From Chiloscyllium plagiosum (taxonomy: Eukaryota), in the NCBI RefSeq assembly GCF_004010195.1, contig NC_057720.1, positions 32,187,216-32,251,215 on the forward strand: 64,000 bases of DNA, read 5' to 3'. Within the stretch, counting starts at the first letter, position 1. The number at the start of each line of letters is the position of its first letter. The position numbers and the translations under genes are program-made. The notes under the pieces are model-generated. The model saw only the letters and a program-made list of their open reading frames with translations. It was not told the DNA's origin and searched no databases. Below are positions 13,493 through 25,989 of this stretch, one piece after another.

Positions 13493-13683
13493 GTAAAAAC
13501 AATGACTGCAGATGCTGAAAACCAGATTCTGGATTAATGGTGCTGGAAGAGCACAGCAGTTCAGGCAGCATCCGAGGAGCAGTAAAATCGACGTTTTGGG
13601 CAAAAGCCCTTCATCAGGATTCCTGAAGAAGGGCTATTGCCCGAAACGTCGATTTTATTGCTCCTCGGATGCTGCCTGAACTG
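13493..13683. mobile_element. Short Penelope-like (pLTR) insertion with inverted arms
   Basis: 14 bp TSD CTTCTACCTTTGAG at 13479-13492 and 13684-13697. Inverted arms at ~13555-13619 and 13621-13685. Confidence 0.8.
13623..13652 (+). ncRNA. Minimal hammerhead ribozyme motif (Penelope type)
   Basis: CTGAAGA-A-GGGC-TATT-GCCC-GAAA-CGTC gives the CUGANGA, stem II and GAAA core. The mirror copy on the minus strand at ~13590-13617 has GAAA changed to AAAA. Confidence 0.7.
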
Positions 13684-14649
13684 CTTCTACCTTTGAGCCA
13701 AGTTCTCCCTGTATTCCATGAGATCTAACCTCGCTAACCAGTCTCCCATGGGGAACCTTGTCAAACGCCTCACTGAAGTCCATATAGATTATGTCTACCA
13801 CTCTGCCCTCATCACTCCTCTTTGTTACTTCCTCAAAAAATTCAATCAAGTTTGTGAGACATGATTTCCCACGCACAAAACCATGCTGACCAACCCAAAT
13901 CAGTCCTTGCCTTTCCAAATACATGTACATCCTGTCCCTCAGGATTCCCTCCAACAACTTGCCCACCACCGACATCAGACTCACCAGTCTATAGTTCCCT
14001 GGCTTGTCCTTAACACCTTTCCTAAATAGTGGCAGCATGTTAGCCAACCTCTAGTCTTCTGCCACCTCACCTGTGACTATCGCTGATACAAATATCTCTG
14101 CAAGGGGCCCAGCAATCACTTCTCTAGCTTCCCACATAGTTCTCGGGTACGCCTGATCAGGTCCTGGGGATTTATCCACTTTTATGATTTTCAAAACATC
14201 CAACACTTCCTTCTCTGTAATATGGACATTTTTCTAGATGTCACCATGTATTTCCCTACATTCTATGTCTTTCATGTCCTTTTCCACAGTAAACATTGAT
14301 GCAAAATACTCATTTAGTATCTCCCCCATCTCCTGCAGCTCCACAGAATGGCCACCTTGCTGATCTTAGAGAGGCCCTATTCTCTACCTAGTTACCCTTT
14401 TGTCCTTAATGTATTTGTAAAAACCCTTTGGATTCTCCTTAATTCTATTCACCAAAACTATCTCATGTCCCCTTTTTTCATCCTGATTTCCCTCGTAAGT
14501 ATACTCCAACGGCCTTTATACTCTTCTAAGGATTCACTCTATCTCTCCTGTTTATACCTAACATATGCTTTCTTCTTTTTCTTAACCAAACCCTAAATTT
14601 CTTTAGTCATCCAGCATTCCCTACACCTTCCAGCCTTTCCTTTCTTTTG

Positions 14650-15095
14650 TTCTACAATTCCAAATTGGGGTTAGGGTTGTTGGACTCAAAGGCAGCAAGT
14701 ATCAGGTGTCAGTGTATTTTGTTCTGCGTGTTTATTTTGGTTGGTTTAAATTGTGCTTGGGATATCAATGGCTCTTTCAGTCTCTTAAGAGATTTCTGGG
14801 GATGGAAAAAATGATTTTGATGGTTTTACAAAAGGTGATTAAGGCCGAGATGCTGGAATTAGCAGACAAGTTGGCATTAGAGCTGCCTCTTTCCATAAGG
14901 AAAGGAGAGATAATTACAGCAATAGCTCTGCATTTATATTTGCTGGAAATGCCATCAGAATCTTTGGAGATAGCTAAAATCCAATTGAAAATGAAGCAGC
15001 TTGAGTTAGAGGCAAAAGATAAGGAAAAGGCAACAGAAATGAAACAGTTTGAATTACAATTAAAAGTAGAGGAGGCAACAAAAACCAAGGACAAC
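14650..15095 (+). mobile_element. Gypsy (Gmr1-like) gag N-terminal remnant
   Basis: LQKVIKAEMLELADKLAL..RKGEIITAIALHL..LEIAKIQLKMKQLELEAKDKEK coiled coil, typical of the gag start in fish/shark Gypsy elements. Confidence 0.6.
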
Positions 15096-15721
15096 ATAAC
15101 CTTGTAAAGGAGCAGTATCATCACAGTAGCAACTCCACTTTACTTCACATTCCTGCAGCCCCTCAGCTGCTCCATTCCTGGCTAAACAACAATGATAGTG
15201 CAATCCTGGCCCTTGTCTATGTACATTAGCATTTTGGAATGCACCAGATGATTCCATAGGCAGATTAGTATACAGTTTATCAGAAGACATAGCCTACAAA
15301 CAAACAAAATGTATTGAATATCACTGATTGCTACAACATATATCAAAACAATAAAATGTGTTTTTCTATGCCCTATCAATGTCTACTGAAACAAAAAGTT
15401 CAGTCCTTCCATGATGAATCACTGCCAGAACCAAATGAGCTTGGTTTCAATTGGCCATATATTGACTGACTTTTACATTCTCCAGCCACACATTAAAAAT
15501 CTGCAGGAGAAATATCCTGCCACAGAGCTGTCAATCAAGATGATAGACCCTATTTCATCTTTTTAGTTTCTGACTCAGCTATCAGTCAAAATCCATATTC
15601 TGGGCTGATTTTTTGATTCAAAAAGAGCTTTAATGGGCACATGCCATTAATTTCATTCATTGGATCCTTTCTTTGATGACAACTTAACCTTTTTTCTTCC
15701 TCCCATGTCCACCAAAGCTCA

Positions 15722-15858
15722 GGGAGCTCTTGTAGCACAGTGGTAGTGTCCCAACTCTGAGCCAGGGTACCTGGGTTCATGAGAACCAGGACACCTGCTG
15801 CAGAGATGTGTAGGTGATTTAAAATATCACCTGAATAGGTTGATTTAAAATATCACCA
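15722..15858 (+). mobile_element. Short tRNA-derived SINE (same family as the cluster at 29506-30120)
   Basis: TAGCACAGTGGTAGTGTCCC..CTCTGAGCCAG..CCTGGGTTCA..CTGAATAGGTTGATT. Confidence 0.65.
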
Positions 15859-17257
15859 GCAAATCTGGAACATTGTATTAATTCTCCCTTCAAATTATTC
15901 CCAGGCACCATGATGGATGACCCACTGCTAAATGCAGCACTGTTCTCTTTTACCATACGTGTAAGTCAGAGTCTTTCCCATGGCCAGTTGTTGTTCACAT
16001 CTCAAAACGTGTGCTGTGCACTTACTGCCATTTTACATTGCGTAATTATCATGGACAGCAGCAACTCCTTTTAAAGAAGATGTTTCTTTTTGACATGCAG
16101 CCAACATGCAGCCTGACCCTTAGATCTGTTTTCCAGGGAGTCCATTCAGATTAAGGGAAAAAGTCTCATGTCAACACTCGAACGGGACAACCTCCAATCT
16201 GCTGAAATGGTGAAGTTGAGGTTTGTGTATAGATATGTTATTGTGCTGTATGGTATTAGCGTGCAATTTGGCACAACTTCTCAACAGGAAAACAGTGGGC
16301 AGGAAAATACAAGGCTGATCTTGAGTATATCCTAGTGATTAGAGAAGAGACTGAGCAGCAGGTTTCTCTTAATTGTTTGACAAAGAACATATGGCGGGGG
16401 AGTTTTGCTCTCTCAAGATATAGTAGGGAAGATGGAGGAAAGTGAAAATAATTGGCCGGATTGGCGGCAGTTGACAATTTAGTTCTGAGCTGAGAAGTAC
16501 ATTGTTAATCTTTCTGACAAATCACCAGTTAAAGCCTTTAAGTGGTTAATAAACAACCAATTAAAAGCCTCACCAACCATTGACTTGATTATCCGCCTTC
16601 CTGGTGGTTAAAAAAAATGACTGCTTTCCTGACCGGGAAAACTGGACAGCTGGATGCCTGTTGGATTGGTTGGGGTAGAACCCCATTTACCTCAATCTGG
16701 GAGCAGATGAGGCAGGGATTTGGCTGCTGAAAATCACCCTGAAATCCCTCTCCCATGACCCCTATCCCACAATAATCCCACCATCTCAAAAACATCACTT
16801 GCCTTTCCACTGACCCTGGTCCTGTTGTTTGCCCATTAGCCTAGGCCTTGGATGCATTGCTACAGCTCACAGTGGCTGCTCATTACCAATTGACCACTTC
16901 AAGCAGGGCAAAAAATCTTGGTCTAGGGACCTGGTTGATCAAGATGCCCACTAGTCAATGTTTAAGCACCTGATAGGCACTTGATCTGGCAGGTTTCCAT
17001 GCTGATATGGGCAAGGGCTTACTCAACCTGAAAGACACCCGGCCCCACACGTAGCCTTGAAAATGGAAATTCCTAGCCAGGGAGGAAGCTGAGGAAACAA
17101 TTAAAAAGATAAAACATATCTGACCACACTGATAATCATATTTTAGAAGTTCAGTACCAATCTGGTGAAAGTGTGAATACCAAAAGTACTCAAACTGTTA
17201 CATTTTACCAGCTTTCTCAAACAGAACTTCACACATTTTCCATCTTTCTACATTCAG

Positions 17258-17372
17258 TTATTTATCACTACAATGTGAGGAGAAAGAAAAGATTCCACCA
17301 AATATCGGCACAAAGCTAATGGATGAAAATCAGAAGGCCTGTTCAGAATCACAAGCTAATTGTAAATCCAAG
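17258..17372 (+). CDS. Candidate host-gene exon (YLSLQCEEKEKIPPNIGTKLMDENQKACSESQANCKSK)
   Basis: Acceptor tttctacattcAG, strong donor aag/GTAAGG, a single open frame, phase 2 to 0. Confidence 0.5.
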
Positions 17373-17654
17373 GTAAGGGTTAATCACAATGTGCCCTGGG
17401 TCTACATAAAATGCCATTTGAATGGATCCGTGAGGCATGATGTTACTCTCAGCATGGTTTAAATCAGGCCAGCAGGGAGAAAGGCAGCCTGGTCCCCAGC
17501 CATCACCATCCGTCTTGAATCCCTCACATCAAATCCATCACAGGAGAGGACACTGAGTCCCTTTAGTGTCCATTCTGGAATCAAGAGAAGCCTTGTGGAA
17601 ATATTTGTAAATAGAACAATGATTGCAATTAATCAGGTTATATTTCTTGTTTAG

Positions 17655-17737
17655 GCTATGTCTACTGTATTTGCTGACTGCATGGAAAATTCTCAAACCT
17701 CTGAAAAACAGAATGAGGAAGTGAAGAACAAAGAAAG
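17655..17737 (+). CDS. Candidate host-gene exon (AMSTVFADCMENSQTSEKQNEEVKNKE)
   Basis: Acceptor tttcttgtttAG, donor aag/GTGACA. Phase 0 to 2 links the 17372 donor to the 24886 acceptor. Confidence 0.45.
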
Positions 17738-18519
17738 GTGACATGACAGTTACTCCTTATGACAGACTTGATTGTGTGAATGAAAACTGTTCTCAGTTCA
17801 ATACTGTGGGAAGTTTAGACTTGAGTTTTGAATCTGCTGAATTGAGAATTAAAATATTGGCTCAAAATTTGCTGGAAAAAAAAGACAATTAAGTGTGCAC
17901 GCTGCTATTGGTGTGTCAGTAAGTCAACAATTTATGGTGAGGAACAGACATCTTATTAATGGCATATCACCACAAAATGCTGAATAATTTGTGATACCTC
18001 TTTAGCCTGTCAAAACAAAACAGAGCTTATTGACAACTGCTCCACAGGTTTCATAGAATTACTGCATTTATGAAATTGAAACATATTCATTGCTCCACAG
18101 ACTGATGCTTAATATTGAAACATTCTCTTAATGCCTGATGTATACTCCTGCAATATCATTCAATCTCTTTGGCACAAAAACGGAAATAGAAGTTGTGGAG
18201 TATCATTCTTGCAGATTGTCAGTTATTCTTAAAGGCAATTAAAAATTAAGAAGGATGTTTTTTTGAAAAGCATTTAGCTTTCATTTCTTCCACATTTTGT
18301 CTTTTTCTTAATCAAGTCTGTTTATTCTTTTCCTTCCTTTTACTATACCTAATTGACTCTGACTCCTTCCCACTTGTTCTTCTGTTTAATGTTTTATTCT
18401 TACATTTCATGAATTAAGAAACAGACCAAGAGTCCGTCCATTCACCAACATCCAAGTTATTTTACTGATCTTACTGTTGCCAGCTCACACTTCCTGAAAT
18501 CTTTGCGCAGTTTTTGCAA

Positions 18520-19135
18520 CATGGAACAGTACAGCACAGTACAGGCCCCTTGGCCCTCAATGTTGTGCCAGTCTTTTTATCCTACTCTAAGATCAAACTA
18601 ATCTACATACCCTTCATTGCACTAACTTCCATGTGCCTATTTTGAGTTGCTCAAATGTCCCTAATGTACCTGAGTTTATTACCACTGCTGGCAGTGCATT
18701 CCACACACCCACCATTCTCTGAGTAAAGAACCTACCTCTAACATCTCCCCTAAACCTTCCTCCAATTATCTTAAAGTTGTGCTCTCTTGTGATACACATT
18801 TCTGCCATGGGAAAAAGTCTTTGGCTGTCCACTTTCTCTATGCCTCACAGGTCATAGAGTTCCAGGCTGAATACTTTCTATCTACCACCACCCTCTGTCT
18901 TCTATGGGCCAGTCAACTCTGTATCCAAACAGACAGGTTTCCAAGTATCCCATGCTTCCTTACTTTCTGAATAGTCTACCATGGGGATCCTTATCAAACA
19001 CCTTGCTAAAATCCATGTACATCACATGCACTGCTCTACCTTTGTCAACATGTTTTGTCACATCCTCAAAGAATTCAATAAGGTTTGTGAAGCATGATCT
19101 GCTCCTCACAAAACCATGCTGACTAATTCTAATCT
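18520..19135 (-). mobile_element. CR1 LINE 3' fragment with internal deletion
   Basis: FRGDVRGRFFTQRMVGVWNALP joined directly to the QHGFVRSRSCFTNLIEFFEDVT region. Confidence 0.85.
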
Positions 19136-19164
19136 ATGGTTTTCTGTGTAATTACAAACCCTAT

Positions 19165-19457
19165 GATTTATGATTAGATTACTTACAGGCCCTTCGGCCC
19201 AACAAGTCCACACCAACCCTCCGAAGAGCAACCCACCCAGACCCATTCCCCAACATTTACCCCTTCACCTAACACTACAGGCAATTTAGCATGGCCAATT
19301 CACCTAATCTGCACATCTTTGGACTGTGGGGGGAATCCCACGCAGACACGGGGAGAATGTGCAAACTCCACACAGACAGATGCCTGAAGCGGGAATTGAA
19401 CCCGGGTCTCTGGTGGTGTGAGGCAGCAGTGCTAACCATTGTGCTACCATGCCACCC
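19165..19457 (-). mobile_element. HE1-type (V-SINE) shark SINE
   Basis: Minus strand reads GGTAGCACAATGGTTAGCACTGCTGCCTCAC..GGGTTCAATTCC..TGTGTGGAGTTTGCACATTCTCCCCGTGTCTGCGTGG, with a LINE-like tail. Confidence 0.88.
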
Positions 19458-21479
19458 ATAATCCTATGTTCAGCTAAAGTGTGAAATAGAAAGGTCTAAT
19501 GATGCAATTTGATGAGATGGCATTTATTCAGCAAATTTCCTGGCTAGTAAGTTGTCAATATCACAATAGGGTGCACTTTTCAATGTTATTCATTAACTTG
19601 CAAGTTTATTTTTCATGTTACCTGTGTCTCACCCTTTCTCCATGCATTCATGTGTGGTATGAGGAGACTGAGGGTTACAGTGGTGACCAGTAAGTGGGAG
19701 CCATGTGAAGTATTCCTCCTCAAATCCACTCCAGAAGTTAGTTTAGTTATTGGTTGCAGGAAATTCCTCACACTCATTTTGGTGTTGCTGCAATGGTGTG
19801 GGCTGTCAAAGAGCAAACTAATTTTGGAAAGGAGACCTTGGTAGAAAATGCAAATACTTAATGCCAGTTTCAAAATGTGGGTAAAGAACATGGTTACCAT
19901 TACTAAATATGGTGAGTGTTGTGTTTTCACCTTCAGATTAGTGTCTGTTTAAGAGCTCAACATGTGTAATAACCAAATACCCAAATGATATCATAGGCCA
20001 CAGACTCTCTGCACTGTAGCACTCAAGACACAGGCTGTGTCTGGAGATTACTCTACAATGTCTATATTAGTTTAGCTGTTAATAAATCCAGAGATCTTCA
20101 AGAAAATGGAATACAGATACCTCACTTGTGTTATGTTTGAACAAGATGTAACCGTGCTTTCTACCCAACAATTTGGGCCCTGAGATGTCCACATATGTCT
20201 TGTTTTTCAAGGACATGGAGTCAGGTGCTGTGTAGCACTGAGAATAATTCTGTAATATTTAAGACCAAAAACAAAATAATACAGGAAAAACCATGGACAG
20301 AGTTTACCAAGTCAGCCAAGTGTCAGTTTCAGGGAGTTTCATGATTTCGCTCATGAGCTCTCGCAAGCTATCTCACACAATGTTATATTGCTCACCTCCT
20401 TATGAACTCACCATGTTTCAGTGGCCCTATGCTTGTGCTATCTTGCCTTCATGAGTGGCTGAAGCACTTGCCACTGCTGGAATCTTGTGGGATTTCTGCT
20501 GTTGGTGCCATATTTAAACTCCAACTGTACACCAGGTGAATCACTGCTCACCAGGAACTGCCATTCCCAGTTACAGTGAGGGAAGAATCGCTTCCGAGAT
20601 GGCCAGCAGAGCAGGTTTTATTGACAGTGACCTTGAAGTCCTGGTGAATAGACCCAGCCAGCCAATGTAAAGCTACTTTCAGAGTCAGTGTGGTGTCCTC
20701 AATTTGGAAGAACACCCAGCAGTGCAGGAAGAACATCTTCTTTCTGCTACTTCACTCTATCTCTACTTCTGCAGCCATGTGCAACCAGGTCTTATAGCTT
20801 ACTTGGTTCACTATTGCATGCAGCATCTAGCCTCAGTCACTCTGATCCACCCAACCACTCAGACTACTTATCCTGCATGCCCTCTGTGCTTTATACTTAT
20901 TTACTCTGCACACCTCACCACTTTGCTCCTATTTGCACCAGCATTAAGAGCTGTGCGAGTCACTTTCATTTCACTCAATACCTCCCTTTGTCTCATTCCA
21001 CAAGAAATTATTCCAGAATAAGGCAGAGAGAGCCAAGATGAGTGACAAGGTGCCTGACATTCACCTCCTCTATGAGGGGACCAATCCTCACCCTGGCAGG
21101 AGAGGGCAATGCCAAGATCTCCATGACCCAGCACAGATAAAGTCCATTGTAACTGCTATGCAGCTTTCACATTCAGTATCATTGTCAGCATACACCATTG
21201 CCCATAAAGGTATTGGTGGAACTTCCGGTCTCCAATATGACCGCCAAACCTTTCTTCTCTATCTGGGCATTTGTATGCTCTGCATTAGCCAAAGTCCTGT
21301 ATGCAGGGCTTCTGCGCCACCTATGAGCTAATACCACCCAATGCCATATGGGAAGGCATTGCAAGTCAATACCAGATCTGGCTTAGGATCATAGTGTGCC
21401 AGTGGCTTAGAAGATAATAGCTGTGTCTTTACTTCAGTGAAAGCTAGGTCTTGTCTATGTGACCATTTCCAATGTTGCC

Positions 21480-22215
21480 CCTTTTTTAGGTGTTGATGCA
21501 AAGGTGCCAGGTTATGTATGAACCTTCTGTAATAATTTACCAGCCCAAGAAATGAGCTCCTGTAGCTTAAAGCTCAAGTCAGTTTCCCGGCCGTGCCATT
21601 AGACATGGACAAATGGCACCATGGGATGTGAAAACAAAGGTTTTGGGGTGTTTTGAATATCAGTGAAGAGAGAAGTACTATGATTCCTGGGACTGAGTGG
21701 TTTTTATCAGAAATTCATATGGAATTTTAGCAGTGCGTTGCTCCATTGACTACCTCGTTGAAGTAGTGCAGAAACGTTCAGTGAATGGCAGACTGTCTGA
21801 AAGCTGAGTTAACCATTGCCCCAGCGTTAGCCACACATAATTACTCAAAGACATTCAAGGTGGCTATCGATGCAAGTAGTGTGGGTTTCAGTGTTGTACT
21901 CTTGCAACAAGACGACAAGAAGATAGAAAGACCTATTGAGTATTTTTTTTAGAAAATTAAATGAGCATCAACAGAAACAATCCACAATTGAGAAGAAGAC
22001 CTTGAGTTGGTGTTGAAACATTTCAACATTTATGTTGCCAGTAATGTGTCAGAGACAATTGTAGATACTGATCATAACCCCTTAAAGCTTTTGGAAAAAT
22101 TTAGATGGAGCATGTTATTGCAGCCATTCAATTTGAAAATTATACATGTGGCAGGACGAGTGAATGTAATTGATGAAGGAATTCGAAAGCAATTGGTAGC
22201 AGGGAAAACAGACTG
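21480..22215 (+). mobile_element. Gypsy RT/RNase H remnant (Gmr1-like order)
   Basis: FKVAIDASSVG..VLLQ..ERPIEYF..DTDHNPL..RWSMLLQPFNLKIIHVAGRVNVI, followed directly by a polypurine tract (PPT) and LTR. Confidence 0.8.
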
Positions 22216-22477
22216 AAGTAGTGAATATTTGCATGCTTAGAGTCAATGTTATGTATGTATAGTAATGTTCTAAAAGCCTAAGGTTTTTAAAATGAAGCCA
22301 TCTTTGTATATTGATGACTCATTTTTAAGGGGGGAGTGGTGACAATACTATGCCTTTAAGAGGTGTATTTTGTCCTTTTTTTAAATGAAGAAAGTTTGAG
22401 AAAGAGGTACCACGTGATCTGCTACAAAGCCAATAAAGTAAACAGCTTGTGAGGCCTTGGGTTTTTTAAAATTAGCT

Positions 22478-22768
22478 TAGATTCCTTACAGTGTGGAAAC
22501 AGGCCCTTTGGCCCAACAAGTCCACACTGACCCTCGGAGAGCAACCCACCCATTTCCCTCTGACTAATACACCTAACACTACGGGCAATTTAGCATGGCC
22601 AATTCACCTGACCAGCACATCTTTGGACTGTGGGAGGAAATTGGAGCACCAGAGGAAACCCAGGCAGAATGTGCAAACTCCACACACAGACAGTCGCCCG
22701 AGGCTGGAATCAAATCTGGGACCCTGGTGCTGTGAGGCAGCAGTGCTAACCACTGAGTCACCGTGCCT
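22478..22768 (-). mobile_element. HE1-type SINE
   Basis: GGCACGGTGACTCAGTGGTTAGCACTGCTGCCTCACAG head, V-domain and LINE-like tail. Confidence 0.88.
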
Positions 22769-23082
22769 TCCTAAAACAATAGAAGCAGCTTGAATGGTTG
22801 GGATCAAACTCCCACAGAACCAGGATTTATTCTACCTTTTGCTTTCGGTAGCAGTTACTTGGGTCATGAAGCTGGATTTGGAAGCTCTTATTCCTCTCTC
22901 TGTTACAGGTAAAAACTAGGGTTCTCTTCATGCTGCTAGAATAGCATGTGACACAATCTATTTTACACACTTTGCTTTGCCAAGGCTGTATTTATGGAAT
23001 ATTACTATTCTGGAACAATTAATTATTAGTAGTTAATATATATATATTACTTTGTTAAGTATTTTGAGAGAGTTCCAGATAA

Positions 23083-23660
23083 GTGTGGTTAGGCCACTGT
23101 TGGAATATTGCGTGCAGTTCTGGTCTCCTTCCTATCGGAAAGATGTTGTGAAACTTGAAAGGGTTCAGAAAAGATTTACAAAGATGTTGCCAGGGTTGGA
23201 GGATCTGAGCTACAGGAAGAGGCTGAACAGGCTGGGGTTGTTTTCCCTGGAGTGTCAGAGGCTGAGGGGTGACCTTATAGAGGTTTACAAAATTATGAGG
23301 GGTATGGATAGGATAAATAGACAAAGTCTTTTTCCTGAGGTCAGGGAATCCAGAACTAGAGGGCATAGATTTAGGGTGAGAAGGGAAAGATATAAAAAAG
23401 ACCTAAGGGGCAACTTTTTCATGCAGAGGGTGGTACGTGTATGGTGTATGCATGAGCTGCCAGAGGATGTGTGTGGAAGCTGGTACAATTGCAACATTTA
23501 AGAGGCATTTGAATGGGTATATGAATAGGAAGGGTTTGGAGGGATATGGGCCAGGTGCTGGCAGGTGAGACAAGATTGGGTTGGGATATCTGGTCGGCAT
23601 GGACGGGTTGGACCGAAAGGTCTGTTTCCATGCTGTACATCTCTATGACTCTATGACTCT
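23083..23660 (+). mobile_element. CR1/HER1 LINE 3' end
   Basis: RPLLEYCVQFWSPSYRKDVVKLERVQKRFTKMLPG and (CTATGACT)n tail. Confidence 0.92.
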
Positions 23661-24885
23661 AAGTCAATTCGTTTCTTTCATTTTTATTTTTGTCTTTGTT
23701 TTAATTATAAGATATGAATAAATAGTGTTTTGTCTCAAGCTTAGTAGTTTGACCAATTGAATTGCATCCGGAACACAACGCCTTACACTTATCTTTAAAA
23801 TAAGAAAAAGTCAGAGTCTAGACTATCTTCTTAATATATTTTGAGGGAGGTTGGTCTGGTCCATCGCGCATCTCTAAACAAAGGCTAACAGTACCGTCCC
23901 TTGCTCAGTTGTACAGCATTCCATGGAAATCCAGCTGCCACAGTTCTGCTACTTCACTATATTGTGAGGGCATTTATGGCTGAAGACTTTACATTAACAG
24001 GCTACTCCACACATGCTGCAGGTTCCTGATGGTCCTCGGCTTTCAGATGCACGTATTTCTCATCTGTTTGTGAGGATGCAAGGCAGATATGTTGTGAGCA
24101 TCCAAAAAAACCAAGTGTGAGTGAATGCAATGAGGGCGAATGAAGTGCCTGGAAATACAGCCTGGTCCTGTCCATGAGCTGGGTGCATGTCCCTGAGCAC
24201 AGTGTCCTTGTGGCAGCATACAATGATAGTTGGTGGTGCATTGAGAAGTGTAGCATTGAAGTGCAGAAGAGTCCAGTAAGTGGATTGGAGATACACCATG
24301 AGGTCTCCTACAGGCTTGCACATGTTAGATGTCAATAATTGTGGATATGCAGTGAGTACCCTAAGAGTGCCCCAAAAAGGTTGGTGCCTGGTGTTCAATA
24401 TAGAGGTCTGGAGCAAGCTGTGAGTGGAGGTCTCCAAGAAGCTATTCTGGTTTCCATGTGGAGTTTTCCCAATGGTTAGTTAGCATGGTGATTTTGGTAA
24501 GACCACCCTGGAAAATTAAAGTGGTGAGTTGCTCTGTTAACAGGGCACTTAACAAGCAATAATAAGTGTCGGTTGACAACTTAACACTCCCTCATGAGAA
24601 TCTTGTCACCCTGCTTGAGAAAAGCAAACTACATGTGGTATGCTGATCTTGAAATTGAGGTGGACATTGCCGAACATTTCATCCAATCCTGCCACACATT
24701 TTACCATAGTCCACATCAGTCAGACCCTGGCAAGGTTCCATCCATTGAAACTGGAACTATATATGGATGGTCTAATGGGGAGGGTATTTCTTTGATATGT
24801 TAGTGTGTGTTGTGAATAGGAACATTTTGAAGTATATCACAGAGAACTGGTATAATGACCATTATGCTTTGCCTTCCCACAATAG

Positions 24886-25085
24886 CTTCAACCGGCCAGA
24901 CAGTGTGTCATCCTATCAGGAGGAGTGTATCGAAGCATGGAAAAGCACCTCCCCAGAGACGTCTGAACATAGAGTAAAAAGTACAAAATCAGAAGTTTTT
25001 AAAGAATTTTTTTTTGTTGATGCTTCTGCAAAAAAGGTGTGCACCCATTCTCTCAATTCATTCCCCTTCCTCGCAGCTTCTTCAG
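24886..25085 (+). CDS. Candidate host-gene exon A2 (FNRPDSVSSYQEECIEAWKSTSPETSEHRVKSTKSEV...)
   Basis: Acceptor ttcccacaatAG, donor cag/GTAAAC, phase 2 to 1. Paralogous to exon A1. Confidence 0.45.
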
Positions 25086-25099
25086 GTAAACATGTCAAA

Positions 25100-25560
25100 A
25101 CACATCCTTGATCCTATTATGAGTCTGAACCCACATTATAGGTTAAAAATATGATTTAGTTTTGTCCCTCCTTCAATCCATCGATCCCTATATCCTATTG
25201 TGCTACCTCCCCACCACTGTTTGTTGACTAGCTTCTGGTAACCATAACACTTTGATTCAAAAACTTTTATTTGCATTCTTTTTTACAAACCACACCATGA
25301 CCGTAAGCAAGCACACTTCTGCAGTTTCTTGCACGGTCTCTCACCATCCCCATCTGCATGTTTTGATCTTTTGATCCGAGCTTGCTTATCTTTTCCAATC
25401 ACGATGCATAACATACATTAACAGAGCCTCCCACCAATATGTAGTCTGAAATTCAGTTTCGAATTTTATTCTTCTTGTCATATATTTCTGCCACTTTGAA
25501 AACCACCTCACAGTCTACTCCTCCAACCAGGCTTTAACCAATAGCTCAATGCATGTTTCA
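25100..25560 (+). mobile_element. Decayed L2-like LINE 3' fragment
   Basis: Resembles the L2 C-terminus/3'UTR (TTTGATTCAAAAAC..TTTGAAAACCACCTC..CAACCAGGCTTT). Confidence 0.45.
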
Positions 25561-25989
25561 ACTTTATACATGATATTCCATGTCTAACCCACACTGGCAT
25601 TTCAATCCCACTCCTACAACAACAGGGATTTACATTGTACTAACTGTGCATTTGTAAGAACTGAAGGATTTTGAATTTAAATAAGCTCACATATACACCC
25701 AAACTGGAAAATATTCCTTAACCAAGGCAGTGCACTAAGAAGTGTTCATTTTCATCAATAAAGGAGAAGCATAGGAAAGGAGCCTTGTGAGCAGAAATCC
25801 AAGACACAATAAGCCACTAATGTGACACTTTAAAAATGTCATTCAAGGAATGTGGGTGTGGCTGCCAAGACCAGCACATAATGCTGATCCCTAATTGCCC
25901 TTGAACTTACCATAAAAATAACACATAGAGGGATTCTGTTCTTAATGTGAAAATAACTCAGTACCAAAGGAAAGTGTTTATGTCTGGAT

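Larger units (their letters stand above)
13035..14645 (-). mobile_element. Older CR1/HER1 LINE, RT portion (continuation of 8450-9223)
   Basis: PGNYRLVSLMSVVGKLLE..QHGFVRGKSCLTNLIEFFEEVT..YMDFSEAFDKVPH and [11 protein letters not shown]. Confidence 0.9.
22337..23870 (+). mobile_element. Gypsy 3' LTR, interrupted by a SINE and a CR1
   Basis: PPT AAGGGGGGAG immediately upstream, AATAAA at ~23717, and an end similar to the LTR at 7768-8429. Confidence 0.65.
20291..24747. mobile_element. Decayed PIF/Harbinger transposon (Myb/SANT-like gene on +, transposase remnant on -), split by a Gypsy remnant
   Basis: + strand 20590-20740: RAGFIDSDLEVLVN..VSVVSSIWKNTQQCRK. + strand ~21020: RQREP/ERAK..VPDIHLLYE. 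- strand ~24200-24300: LDSSALQ..IIVCC. Degenerate inverted ends CCATGGACAGAGTTTACC and GGCAAGGTTCCATCCATTG. Confidence 0.55.

Noticed and set aside
7768..23870. A single Gypsy provirus bounded by the LTRs at 7768 and 22337
   Set aside because: The LTRs are only loosely similar, ~6 kb of unrelated sequence separates gag from RT, and the 3' part sits inside a Harbinger remnant.
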